This document shows, piece after piece, positions 16,834 through 25,935 of a stretch of DNA of 64,000 nucleotides. Source of the DNA: Fidelibacterota bacterium (GTDB lineage Bacteria; Fidelibacterota; Marinisomatia; Marinisomatales; JABMOV01); assembly GCA_046861395.1 (NCBI GenBank), contig JBHHUC010000002.1, positions 28,677 through 92,676 on the forward strand, read 5' to 3'. The translations under genes and the position numbers were made by a program. Every line of letters begins with the position of its first letter. Position 1 is the stretch's first letter. The notes beneath the pieces were generated by a model. It searched no databases. It was not told where the DNA came from and was given only the letters and a program-made list of their open reading frames with translations.

Positions 16834-17193
16834 CTATATTAAAAGAGGACGATTAAAGGCAGGAGGTGCATGGGGTAAAATTAAGTATTCCAGAACATAG
16901 GAAATATATGGTTCAATGGGAACAACTACAACGTTATCAGCTGGAACCATATTCATTTCCTGGCTCACTTTTTGTTCCGTTTTGGTAAGGGGCACTACCA
17001 CCAGGGGTAACAGTACCGGCGTATCACATTCTGACATTTCCATGCTGCAGGCAGTAGCTTCACCCAACATGCACGTATCCATATTCTCTTCACAGCAACA
17101 CAGGTCACAGGATTCCTGGGCACCCAGCATGGGCGCCGTCGTCGTCATGACGAGCAGAAACAGAGTTAATATGGATGTAATCTTACGAATCAT
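16834..17193 (-). CDS. Small secreted Cys-rich protein leading the cus operon (possibly HYC_CC_PP-like)
   Basis: From the ATG at 17193: MIRKITSILTLFLLVMTTTAPMLGAQESCDLCCCEENMDTCMLGEATACSMEMSECD...LILPHAPPAFNRPLLI. It has a signal peptide, a CCC cluster, a C-S-M-E-M motif and a C-terminal PP...LLI. The longer track ORF (to 17331) lacks a signal peptide. Confidence 0.5.
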   Translation of the reverse strand: MIRKITSILTLFLLVMTTTAPMLGAQESCDLCCCEENMDTCMLGEATACSMEMSECDTPVLLPLVVVPLTKTEQKVSQEMNMVPADNVVVVPIEPYISYVLEYLILPHAPPAFNRPLLI

Positions 17194-17575
17194 ACGCCGT
17201 AATATTAGTTTGCTTAGACAAAAGTTCCAATAAACGTTTCTTATAAAGTTATGATCCGAATTTATACTCATACCAATTATCGGACAATGACTCCGCAAGT
17301 TGAGAGTCCATACCACAGTCAACCAATCCAATGCCTACAGAACCTGATGAACATCGTCCGGGTTCCACACTATATTTATTCTAGAGAAACCAGTTGTGCC
17401 CATTAGAAGAAGTTTTTTGATAAAACAGTTATGAGGCGGCTAATGATAAAGAATTATTCCTATTTTACTTCAAATTGCCGTATATGGAGTGGATTGAGCG
17501 TCTCAATCCATGCAGCAACACGGTCGATGCATTCCAATAATAATTTTCCTTGTTAATCTTTATAATACTTGCCCA

Positions 17576-17605
17576 AAATTAAGGTTCATCGCAATAACCC
17601 GTACC
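17576..17605. repeat. IS left terminal inverted repeat
   Basis: aaattaaggttcatcgcaataacccgtacc compared with the reverse complement of 18841-18870, aaattcaggttcatcacaataatgcgtacc: 26 of 30 positions match by eye. The transposase stop codon lies inside this repeat. Confidence 0.75.
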
Positions 17606-18796
17606 TAGATTCGTGCAACGAGTAGATCTTCAGTTTAAAATATTCCATATCCCTATAGCCATATGCTTTTCGTTTTAGGACTTTGATTTTATTATTCATT
17701 CCTTCCAAAGGCCCGGTTGATATGGGATACAAAAACCAGTTAAAGATATCCGTTCGATGCGCAAGCAACGTATGGGCATATTGTTTCAGTCGTGGTATCT
17801 CTGATGCCATGGCCTTAGCAACCCATTGTCCCAAAATACTTTGGCGTGTTCAACAGAATCCTGTTGCCATAACAACTGTAATTCCTCTTTCAGGTAATAA
17901 GCGGTTACCAGAGGTTTATTAATCCTAAGCGCCTCCTCTAAACGGTTCTTCTGGTGGGGGGTGCTCACAGATGACCGATTCATCAATTACAGCCATCGTG
18001 TCCCCTTCAAGATATTTTTCTTAAGAGCACCTTTCTCCTGGTGAAATAATTCCCGTCTTATATCTTGAAGGTGGCGGTGGAGTATTTGTGTTATATGAAA
18101 ACGATCAAACACAATCTTCGCTTGTGGAAGTTTCATTGTTACGGCATCAATATATGCCGGCCACATATCGGTTGCCACAGCTGGAATCTGGGCACGGGAG
18201 GCCTTGAGGCGTTTTAAAAAAGGGACTAATGTGGACGCCGAACGTCCCTCACCAACATAGACTACGGACCCTGTGGTTAAATCCATAACCACCGTATAAT
18301 AACGATGTCCTTTACGAACCGCAAACTCATCAATGGCGATATATTTTAAATCTTTTAATCGGGGTGGCGAGAATATCTCTGCTGTAAATGGGTTTTGTCT
18401 ATCGCTTTGATTAGCCCCCAACTCACCTGAAAATATGCTGCCACATCCTGAACCGTGCCAAAAGATAATAAGGTTATGGCACATCGCTTAAATGCATGAG
18501 TAAATCGTTTTTTTATCCGCAAACTTGATCTTCTCCTGACGAAGAACTCCGCATGAATTACAATACAATCGTTGTAGTGCTATCTTGATGAAAATAGGTT
18601 TCATCCCCACATTCACACTGCGAAATATCCGAGGAATCGCCCCCTTCTTGATCACATCAGGGCTGCCACATACACTACAACGTAGCTTACTCGCTTTGGT
18701 CTTTACATGAAATATGATGGACCCCGATTTATATTCAGTTTTTATATAATGCTGATCCTTCAGGCCCAAGGCATGGTATATTAAACTGGTTGACAT
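17586..18796 (-). pseudogene. ISL3 transposase pseudogene (split into 4 ORFs)
   Basis: The track ORFs 18488-18796, 17987-18484, 17786-17986 and 17586-17834 together cover one ISL3 transposase. There is an in-frame TAA at 17987-17989 (..GTRWL*LMNRS..). At least two frameshifts are present, near 18485 and near 17830. Confidence 0.85.
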
Positions 18797-18840
18797 TGCT
18801 TTCCTCTCTTTTGGTGAAATTTAAACATAAGGGACCGATA

Positions 18841-18870
18841 GGTACGCATTATTGTGATGAACCTGAATTT
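18841..18870. repeat. IS right terminal inverted repeat
   Basis: ggtacgcattattgtgatgaacctgaattt is the partner of 17576-17605. Confidence 0.75.
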
Positions 18871-18955
18871 ATATGATTACAGTAGTGGCGTCTATTTCAT
18901 CGAATTACGTACCCGCAAACAATCTTCCGTACGAAAACTGATGCTCGTGAAATAG
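18866..18955 (+). pseudogene. Orphan 3-prime fragment of a gene encoding a T9SS C-terminal sorting domain
   Basis: The plus-strand frame reads NLYDYSSGVYFIELRTRKQSSVRKLMLVK*, with the stop at 18953-18955. It matches the terminal strands of Por_Secre_tail domains; compare SGVYIYELIQGNVAQHNKMMLIK and SGIYLAELTWPGGAEYRKITLLK in this window. It starts abruptly at the IS boundary and has no upstream body. Confidence 0.6.
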
Positions 18956-19276
18956 AAAATGATTATGTAACCTCTTTTTTGTAGAAAGGATTAACAGGGT
19001 TTTTAACCAGTTCTCCTTCGACCCTACTTAGGTACATTCTACCTATGTCCAGTTGTCATGGATTCAGGATACAGCGACGATATTCCCTGAGTGCTTAAAT
19101 TTTCCTGGACACGATCGGCGCTTAACATAGCACCCCGTGATCTGATATACGATTTTTCATACATCAAACCTAACATATCGTCGCCCCTACATTCACCCAC
19201 GGGCACAACCTGCGGAACTCTGTTCGTTGGGCTTATTAGTCATTAAACAAAAGTGACAAAGGAATAATAACAGGTG

Positions 19277-19351
19277 TCGAGGTGGAGGGATTCGAACCCC
19301 CGATCCCCTGCTCCCAAAGCAGGTGCGATAACCGGACTTCGCTACACCTCG
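19277..19351 (-). tRNA. tRNA-Pro (anticodon TGG)
   Basis: Hand-folded. Acceptor CGAGGTG/CACCTCG (7 bp). Anticodon stem CCTGC/GCAGG with loop TTTGGGA. T-arm GGGGG-TTCGAAT-CCCTC. Discriminator A. CCA is not encoded. Confidence 0.9.
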
Positions 19352-19366
19352 CAGGTGGTACTGAGG

Positions 19367-19441
19367 GGTGAGTGATGGGACTTGAACCCACGGCCTCCTG
19401 GGCCACAACCAGGTGCTCTAACCAGCTGAGCTACACCCACC
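19367..19441 (-). tRNA. tRNA-His (anticodon GTG) with encoded G-1
   Basis: Hand-folded. G-1 pairs with discriminator C. Acceptor GTGGGTG/CACTCAC. D-arm GCTC-AGCTGGTTA-GAGC. Anticodon stem CCTGG/CCAGG with loop TTGTGGC. T-arm GTGGG-TTCAAGT-CCCAT. Confidence 0.9.
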
Positions 19442-19607
19442 ATACGGCTCTTTTCCAGACGAAAAGAGCGGCGGAAATTAGGCGTTTCTTTCTTCCATCT
19501 CCAATGGAAATAGACTACCAGGTTTGTCCGGTTTCCACTGGCAGGTTATCGCACGAAACATAACATTACTTTGTTCCATCCCTTCCCTTCCATGAATAAC
19601 TTTTGCC

Positions 19608-20990
19608 ATGCGATTGCTGAATCGATATATCCTGAAGGAAATGTTTCCGCCCTTTTTTTTCTCCTTGCTGATCATTACCTTCATCTTGTTCACAAACTTT
19701 CTCCTGCGGGCCATTGACCGTTTCCTGGGTAAGGGTTTGACCATCGGTGTCATCCTCGAATACCTATTCCTCAATCTGGCCTGGATCATTGCCCTGTCGG
19801 TTCCCATGGCCGTCCTGATTGCCGCTCTCATGACCTTTGGCCGGTTGTCAGAAGATAATGAAATCACCGCCATGCGTTCTTCCGGCATCAGTTTTCTTAT
19901 CATCATCCGCCCGGCTCTGCTTTTCGGCCTCATTATTGCTCTATCACTGACGTATTTCAATAATTTCATCCTGCCGGAGATGAATTTTCGGGCCCGCATA
20001 TTATCGGGAGACATTTATCGCAAACGCCCCGGCCTTAATATCAATCCCGGCCATTTTATAGACGATTTACCGGACTACGGCATGATCATCCAGGGCAAGA
20101 CCGGCGACGTCATGGAACGGGTGTTTATCAGCAGTAAAAATAATCGCGATACCAAAACCAATATCATTGCCAATACGGCCACCCTTCATACCATTGATGA
20201 CGCCTTGGTGCTGACACTTTACGACGGTGAAATCCAGGAAATAAAAAATGATGATTACGGTTCTCTACGCCGGATCGGGTTCGAGAAAAATGTCATTATC
20301 TTGCCTGCCGACGATCTGGTGCTGAATCGCCGGGACACCTCCAATCGGTCGGATCGTGAAATGACTATTCCCATGATGCTGGATAAACTGGAACGGTATG
20401 ATAAACGGATCAGTACCGTTCATCGCCGTATTGCTAACAGCTTCAAACGGACCGTCAAGGACAGTATTGTCCCCGCCACCGTCCAACTAGCCCAGGTGGA
20501 AGTACAGAAATACCGTCTGCTGCTGGAATCAGATACCAGTCGAACGGAAACACAGAAAAAGGTACGGGAGCGACGACTGAAGGCCCTGGAGCGACAAATG
20601 AATAATGAATACAAGCTACTGGCCAGTTATCACAAGAATCGAAATAAATATGAAGTAGAAATCCACAAAAAGTTTTCCCTGCCGGTGGCTTGTATCCTCT
20701 TTATTCTGGTAGGGTCACCGCTCGGCGTCCTGGCCAAAAAAGGCGGATTTGTAGTCGGGGTCAGCTTGTCCTTCGGCTTTTTCCTGGTATACTATATCCT
20801 TTTAATCGCCGGGGAGGAAATGGCCGACCGGTCCCTTGTCAGTCCCACGGTGGGTATGTGGGCACCTAATGTTGTCCTCGGTACCATCGGACTTTATCTC
20901 ACACTGCGGACGGTCCGGGAGCGGGAACCATTTGATATTGTTTTACCAGCCTGGTTGCAAAAACAAAAACGTGTTCCGGATCAGAGTTAA
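19608..20990 (+). CDS. LptF/LptG-family (YjgP/YjgQ) LPS export permease
   Basis: 460 aa. The N-terminus MRLLNRYILKEMFPPFFFSLLIITFILF is the family signature. It has a large periplasmic insert and a C-terminal TM bundle (FSLPVACILFILVGSPLG). Confidence 0.85.
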   Translation: MRLLNRYILKEMFPPFFFSLLIITFILFTNFLLRAIDRFLGKGLTIGVILEYLFLNLAWIIALSVPMAVLIAALMTFGRLSEDNEITAMRSSGISFLIIIRPALLFGLIIALSLTYFNNFILPEMNFRARILSGDIYRKRPGLNINPGHFIDDLPDYGMIIQGKTGDVMERVFISSKNNRDTKTNIIANTATLHTIDDALVLTLYDGEIQEIKNDDYGSLRRIGFEKNVIILPADDLVLNRRDTSNRSDREMTIPMMLDKLERYDKRISTVHRRIANSFKRTVKDSIVPATVQLAQVEVQKYRLLLESDTSRTETQKKVRERRLKALERQMNNEYKLLASYHKNRNKYEVEIHKKFSLPVACILFILVGSPLGVLAKKGGFVVGVSLSFGFFLVYYILLIAGEEMADRSLVSPTVGMWAPNVVLGTIGLYLTLRTVREREPFDIVLPAWLQKQKRVPDQS

Positions 20991-21038
20991 TTCCTAATTT
21001 TTAACAGATATTTTCATCATAACATTGGGATTCATTCC

Positions 21039-22334
21039 ATGATTCCAGCGGAATTAATTAAACGAAAACGTGACCGTCAGTCTCTGTCCCACACGGAATT
21101 AAAGCAATTCATTGCCGGATACGTTTCGGGCTCCATTCCCGATTACCAAATGGCCAGTCTGCTCATGGCAGTCTATTTCAATGGGATGGAAATCCATGAG
21201 ATTCATTCCCTGGTGGATGTCATGATTGCTTCCGGAAAGCGGATGGACTTTTCTCACCTGGAGCAATTCGTGGCCGATAAGCACAGTACAGGCGGTGTCG
21301 GGGATACGGTCTCGCTGGTGCTGGGACCCCTGATGGCTGCCGCCGGTCTGGCCATTCCTATGCTCAGCGGACGCAGCCTGGGTCACACCGGAGGAACACT
21401 GGATAAGCTGGAAAGCATTCCCGGCCTGTCGGTAAACTTGTCCCTGGCGGAATTTCGCCGCATCGTGGAAGATGTGGGAATCTGCATGATCGGTCAGACC
21501 GGTGATATCTGTCCCGCCGATAAAAAAATGTATGCGCTGCGTGATGTGACGGGTACGGTGGAATCCATCCCCCTCATTTGCGGCTCCATCCTCAGTAAAA
21601 AAATTGCCGAAGGAATCCAGGGGTTAGTCATGGATGTGAAATTCGGCGCAGGAGCCTTCATGCGGGAGACGGACCGGGCTTGCGCTCTGGGGCAAATACT
21701 CCATGATGTAGGCGAACATTTCGGTGTAAAGACTGATATTCTATATACCAGCATGAACCAGCCCCTGGGACGCTACGCCGGCATCTGGTGTGAAGTCCGG
21801 GAAGCGCTGGATTGCCTCAACGGTCAGGGGCCAGCTGACACGATGGAAGTCACCTATGCCCTGGGAACAGCCATGCTCCGGCAGGCTCATCCCCACCTTT
21901 CACGACCCGAGGCCCGGGAACGGCTAGAAGCCCTGATTCAGTCCGGAGCGGCCCGGGATACTTTTTACCGCATGGTCACGGCTCAAGGCGGAGACATATC
22001 AGCCTTCGAACATCCAGACCAAATTCACCGACCCCAATATGAGCAAACCGTCCCGGCACCGTCCGCCGGTATTATTCAGGCCATGGATACCTATCACATC
22101 GGACTGGCCACAGTGGAACTTGGCAGTGGACGAAAGCGTACTGACGATGTTGTCGATCCTACATCCGGGATTGAATTCCTGGCAAAAATCGGTGATCGCG
22201 TCGAGGCCGGGGAAAGTGTTTTCCGTTTTTTCAGTGCCGACGAATCCCGGTGTCGGCAGGCGGCGGATACTCTAGGCGGGACCGTGACCATCGGATCGTC
22301 TCCCGCAGAACATCAACTGATTATGCAATCATGA
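21039..22334 (+). CDS. deoA: Thymidine / pyrimidine-nucleoside phosphorylase
   Basis: 431 aa. Motifs DKHSTGGVGD and SGRSLGHTGGTLDKLESIPG; the N-terminal helical domain has DYQMASLLMAVYFNGM. Confidence 0.9.
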   Translation: MIPAELIKRKRDRQSLSHTELKQFIAGYVSGSIPDYQMASLLMAVYFNGMEIHEIHSLVDVMIASGKRMDFSHLEQFVADKHSTGGVGDTVSLVLGPLMAAAGLAIPMLSGRSLGHTGGTLDKLESIPGLSVNLSLAEFRRIVEDVGICMIGQTGDICPADKKMYALRDVTGTVESIPLICGSILSKKIAEGIQGLVMDVKFGAGAFMRETDRACALGQILHDVGEHFGVKTDILYTSMNQPLGRYAGIWCEVREALDCLNGQGPADTMEVTYALGTAMLRQAHPHLSRPEARERLEALIQSGAARDTFYRMVTAQGGDISAFEHPDQIHRPQYEQTVPAPSAGIIQAMDTYHIGLATVELGSGRKRTDDVVDPTSGIEFLAKIGDRVEAGESVFRFFSADESRCRQAADTLGGTVTIGSSPAEHQLIMQS

Positions 22335-22345
22335 AGGAGGGATTT

Positions 22346-23113
22346 ATGGATAGTATGTACCGTAAACTGTGTTCGACGGATCCCGCCATCGTGGCGGAAG
22401 GCCTGGGGGAAATTGATGCTGCATTACCCACTTTGGAAGATGATCAGATCCCCCTGGTGGTCGACGCCCTTACTTCCCTGTTCTATATAGATACCTTTGA
22501 TGTGCCAGACCTGGCTTCTATTGTGGAAGAAGCCCAGCAGATTGTCGCAAAATTAGGTCCGCAGGTCATTCCGCACCTGCTGGAAAAAGTCCGGAATTCG
22601 GACATCAAGGCGGAGCTGGCCCTGGCTCGAACCTGCGGCCTCATGGGAGAGAAAGCGATCGATCCCCTGCTGGATGTCATCCGGGAAAAGGAAAACATCA
22701 CTGATATGTCCTTTGCCCTCTATGCCTTTGGCAAAATCAAATCGCCAAAGATTGTGAAAACCATCCCCCATCTCATCGCCGCTGTGAAAAGTCCGGCACG
22801 GGAAACCGAGGATACCGCGGTACGGGCGCTGGGAAAAGTGCTGGAATCCACTCCTCGCGATGGACTTTCAGCGGAACAGATTCAGGAAATCGTTGATATT
22901 TTTATGGCCAAGAGTCATCACAGCAATGAAGTGATTCGCTCCAAGGCTATTCGGGGATTGGGGAAAATGCTGCAATTCGGATTTCTCGATGAACCGGAAA
23001 AAGTGGCAGTCATGAATCGCCTGCGGGAAATTGTGGGTCTGGATGACCCGGAGCGCTGGGATTCTTCCTACCTGGTGCGCCGCGAAGCACAGCAGATTCT
23101 GGACAATCGTTAA
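22346..23113 (+). CDS. HEAT-repeat protein
   Basis: The start was taken at the ATG at 22346 (AAGGAGG upstream). It has repeated helical units (..AVRALGKVLE.., ..IRSKAIRGLGKML..). The function is unknown. Confidence 0.55.
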   Translation: MDSMYRKLCSTDPAIVAEGLGEIDAALPTLEDDQIPLVVDALTSLFYIDTFDVPDLASIVEEAQQIVAKLGPQVIPHLLEKVRNSDIKAELALARTCGLMGEKAIDPLLDVIREKENITDMSFALYAFGKIKSPKIVKTIPHLIAAVKSPARETEDTAVRALGKVLESTPRDGLSAEQIQEIVDIFMAKSHHSNEVIRSKAIRGLGKMLQFGFLDEPEKVAVMNRLREIVGLDDPERWDSSYLVRREAQQILDNR

Positions 23114-25242
23114 TACGTTTTATGAATTTTACAGCGCCGGGTCGGTTCGGTGCCGCGAATGAATATTTCCGTCTCTGTGGGACAGGCCGGTGTGGGTAGG
23201 TCTTTGGTAACGGAACAGATTTCCACATCAATCACACCTTCGGGCCGAATGAAATCTTCCACGGCATAGTGCAGCGAATCATGACCATCCCGCATGAACC
23301 GAGCCCAGGCCGGTAACGCGGCTACCGTTCCCGACTGACCTTTCCCGAGGGAAATACCGTACTGGTCGACACCATACCAGACTCCGGCGGCAATCTGAGG
23401 TGTATAACCAACAAACCAGGCGTCGCTGTAGCCCTGAGTTGTTCCCGTCTTCCCGGCAGCCGGCCGGTAAAAATGATACATCCAGCGAGCCCGCCCCCCG
23501 GTGCCGGCATCCACTACAGTCTGCAGTAAATTGGTCATGACATAGGCCGTTTCGGCGCTCAGAACTTCCTCCTGTTCAGGAAAATATTCCTTGATCACGT
23601 TCCCGTAGCGGTCTTCGATCCGGGCAATACCGAACGGTTTAGAATAGACACCCTGATTGGCATAGGTGGCATAGGCGGCCACCATTTCTAGAGGATAGAC
23701 TTCGGACGTTCCCAGCGCAATGGCGTCTACAGCCCGAATATTGGTTGTAATCCCCATGCGAATGGCCATTTTCTTCACTTCCGTTGCCGGGACCAACTCC
23801 TGAATCAGACGAACCGCAATCAGATTCAGTGACATCCGTATCCCTTCTCGGAGGGTCGTCAGACCTCCGGTGGAACCGTCATAATTCTGGGGCATCCATT
23901 TTTCGTATTCGCCATTGGCATTCATGACATTCAGGACTACGGGCAGATTCAGCAACTGTTTGGTCACCGGATATCCGTTTTCTATCGCCGTAGTGTACAC
24001 GAAGGGCTTGAATACGGAACCCGGTTGGCGTTTGGCCTGAACGGCCCGGTTATATTGATCGGGATAATCGGGACGGCCTCCCACCATGGCCAGGATGGCT
24101 CCCGACTTGGGATCCAGGGCCACAAAAGCGGTCTGAACCAGTAATTTATTTCTCAATTCCTTATATAGCGGAAACTTCCCCTCCATCATCATTTTCACCG
24201 AATCTTCGGGATAGATGCCCAGATAGGCCAGCTGTTCGAATTCCTCCCGGTTGGCAAACAGGCGTTTGTTCAACATCTTCTGATTGTCCCGCACCGTACG
24301 CATGACCATGTCTTCGGCAATGGCCTGCAAACGGGAATCGAGGGTCGTATATACCTTGAGTCCGTCACGATAAATATTAACGCCCAGGGCATCATCTTCA
24401 TTTTCCAGAATGCGGCGGATATATTCGGTGAAATACGGTGCTTTTCCTTTCAGCGGCTCATAAATCACGGATTCCAGCCCCCGGGCCCGGGCCGCCTTGT
24501 ATTCCTCATCGGTGCAATATCCCTGTTCATGCACCAGACGCAGAACCGTATTCCGACGCCGCAATGCCCGTTCGGGATGGTTGATGGGCGAATAAATGGC
24601 CGGTCCCGGTAATACACCCACCAGAATGGCGGCTTCATCCAGCGTGAGGTCGCGGGCATCTTTCCCGAAAAAGCGTTTGGCCGCAGCCTGTACCCCGTAG
24701 GTCCCGTGACCGAAATGAACGGTATTCAGATACATTTCCAGGATTTCATCCTTGGTATAGGTCCGTTCGATCTGAATGGCCGTGATAATTTCTTTTATCT
24801 TGCGGGTCAGGTTTTCCTCAAAACCAATGGACTTGTACAGATTCCGCGCTAGTTGCTGGGTCAGGGTACTGAATCCCTGACGATAACTCAGGGACAGGGA
24901 ATTGACGACTATGGCACGGGCCACACTGAACAGGTCGATGCCCCAATGATTCCGGAAACGGCGGTCTTCCGAGGCCAGGATGGCATTCTGCATATGTTGG
25001 GGAATGTCTTTCAATTCCACAAATACCCGTTTCTGCAGGAATAATTCATGCAGGACCACTCCGTCGGCTGAATAAATCCTCGTTACCAGATCGGGGTCAA
25101 AATTTTCCAGTTGTTCAATGGAGGGTAAATCCCGGGACAGGTATAACATATAGGCCAGGATTAGCAGTCCGCCGGCGCCCAGCAAAATCATGGAACGCCA
25201 GACGATGCGGTATAGCGGTGGACTTTTTTTATCTTTTGCCAT
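23110..25242 (-). CDS. mrcA: Class A penicillin-binding protein (PBP1A; glycosyltransferase + transpeptidase)
   Basis: 710 aa. GT51 motifs EDRRFRNHWGID and RQGFSTLTQQLARN. Transpeptidase motifs SVFKP and KTGTT. Confidence 0.9.
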   Translation of the reverse strand: MAKDKKSPPLYRIVWRSMILLGAGGLLILAYMLYLSRDLPSIEQLENFDPDLVTRIYSADGVVLHELFLQKRVFVELKDIPQHMQNAILASEDRRFRNHWGIDLFSVARAIVVNSLSLSYRQGFSTLTQQLARNLYKSIGFEENLTRKIKEIITAIQIERTYTKDEILEMYLNTVHFGHGTYGVQAAAKRFFGKDARDLTLDEAAILVGVLPGPAIYSPINHPERALRRRNTVLRLVHEQGYCTDEEYKAARARGLESVIYEPLKGKAPYFTEYIRRILENEDDALGVNIYRDGLKVYTTLDSRLQAIAEDMVMRTVRDNQKMLNKRLFANREEFEQLAYLGIYPEDSVKMMMEGKFPLYKELRNKLLVQTAFVALDPKSGAILAMVGGRPDYPDQYNRAVQAKRQPGSVFKPFVYTTAIENGYPVTKQLLNLPVVLNVMNANGEYEKWMPQNYDGSTGGLTTLREGIRMSLNLIAVRLIQELVPATEVKKMAIRMGITTNIRAVDAIALGTSEVYPLEMVAAYATYANQGVYSKPFGIARIEDRYGNVIKEYFPEQEEVLSAETAYVMTNLLQTVVDAGTGGRARWMYHFYRPAAGKTGTTQGYSDAWFVGYTPQIAAGVWYGVDQYGISLGKGQSGTVAALPAWARFMRDGHDSLHYAVEDFIRPEGVIDVEICSVTKDLPTPACPTETEIFIRGTEPTRRCKIHKTY

Positions 25243-25353
25243 GATTCAGTCTATGTCACGTTTCCCGGATAGCTGACTGGTTCTACAATCCCAGCGGGGT
25301 ACCGGTTCCATCAAACGGCAAGAAGGAAACGAAATGAATATATCAGACGACGG

Positions 25354-25935
25354 TCAATGGTTATGAATCAACTCCCTGGCAATTTCTTCCGATGCCTTTC
25401 TGATATTGGCATGGAGCGATTGCCCGTGTGAATCCATGGTGACTACCGCCCGGAAATCCCGGACCTCAATGACCCACATGGCTTCCGGCACACCGAATTC
25501 TTCCAGTTTGAAGACACGGTGGACCTTCTTAACGCGTTGCGCCAGAATGGTGGCCGCACCACCAACGGCATGGAGATAGACGGCCCCGTTTTCTTTCAGT
25601 GCCTGAAGGGTTTTGTCCCCCATTCCGCCCTTGCCGATTACACCGCGGATCCCATATTCCCGGATGACATCCCCCTGGTAAGGTTCCTCCCGAATGGAGG
25701 TGGTCGGTCCCGATGCAATAAAAGAATATTGATCACCGTCTTTTTTTACCACCGGTCCGCAGTGATAAATAATGGAATCATTGAGATAGGGACGAATTTC
25801 ATCCGGCTTTTCCTTGATCATCCAGGTATGGGCCGTATCACGGCCGGTAATCATCATACCGTTAATGGACACTTCATCACCGACGTTCAGGGCACGGATT
25901 TCTGTTTCCGATACCGGCAGATTCAATTCAATCAT
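25354..25935 (-). CDS. Class I (Fe-S) fumarate hydratase, beta subunit
   Basis: 193 aa. ITGRDTAH...GPTTS...GKGGM pattern of the tartrate/fumarate hydro-lyase beta subunit. Overlaps the alpha subunit gene by 8 nt. Confidence 0.85.
   Translation of the reverse strand: MIELNLPVSETEIRALNVGDEVSINGMMITGRDTAHTWMIKEKPDEIRPYLNDSIIYHCGPVVKKDGDQYSFIASGPTTSIREEPYQGDVIREYGIRGVIGKGGMGDKTLQALKENGAVYLHAVGGAATILAQRVKKVHRVFKLEEFGVPEAMWVIEVRDFRAVVTMDSHGQSLHANIRKASEEIARELIHNH

Larger units (their letters stand above)
17576..18870 (-). mobile_element. ISL3-family insertion sequence, decayed (about 1.3 kb)
   Basis: Bounded by imperfect terminal inverted repeats. It contains ISL3 transposase fragments: a zf-ISL3 N-terminus (CSVCGS...CNSCG), a DDE_Tnp_ISL3 core (IAIDEFAVRKGHRYYTVV...ATDMWPAYI) and a C-terminus (ISTGPLEGMNNKIKVLKRKAYGYRD). 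No clean 8-bp target duplication was found. Confidence 0.85.

Noticed and set aside
17495-17581. Left flank of the IS read as a possible 5-prime remainder of the truncated T9SS-tail gene (frame gives ..IPIIIFLVNLYNTCPKL)
   Set aside because: The frame opens only 27 codons upstream, after a TGA. The sequence would leave too few residues between the IYN-like strand and SGVYF for a real sorting domain. The resemblance is probably fortuitous.
19447-19469. Perfect 9-bp hairpin (gctcttttc-cagac-gaaaagagc) between tRNA-His and the lptF/G-like gene
   Set aside because: It was considered as a terminator, but no T-run follows on either strand. No converging gene ends here, so its function is unclear and it is not called.
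19193-19563. Two track ORFs (19193-19408 minus, 19372-19563 plus) over the tRNA locus
   Set aside because: They are fully explained by tRNA-Pro and tRNA-His, both of which fold into canonical cloverleaves. The ORFs have no coding features.
19478-20014. 178-aa minus-strand ORF overlapping the start of the lptF/G-like gene
   Set aside because: It is Arg/Met/Lys-rich low complexity lying antisense to a gene with the YjgP/YjgQ N-terminal signature.
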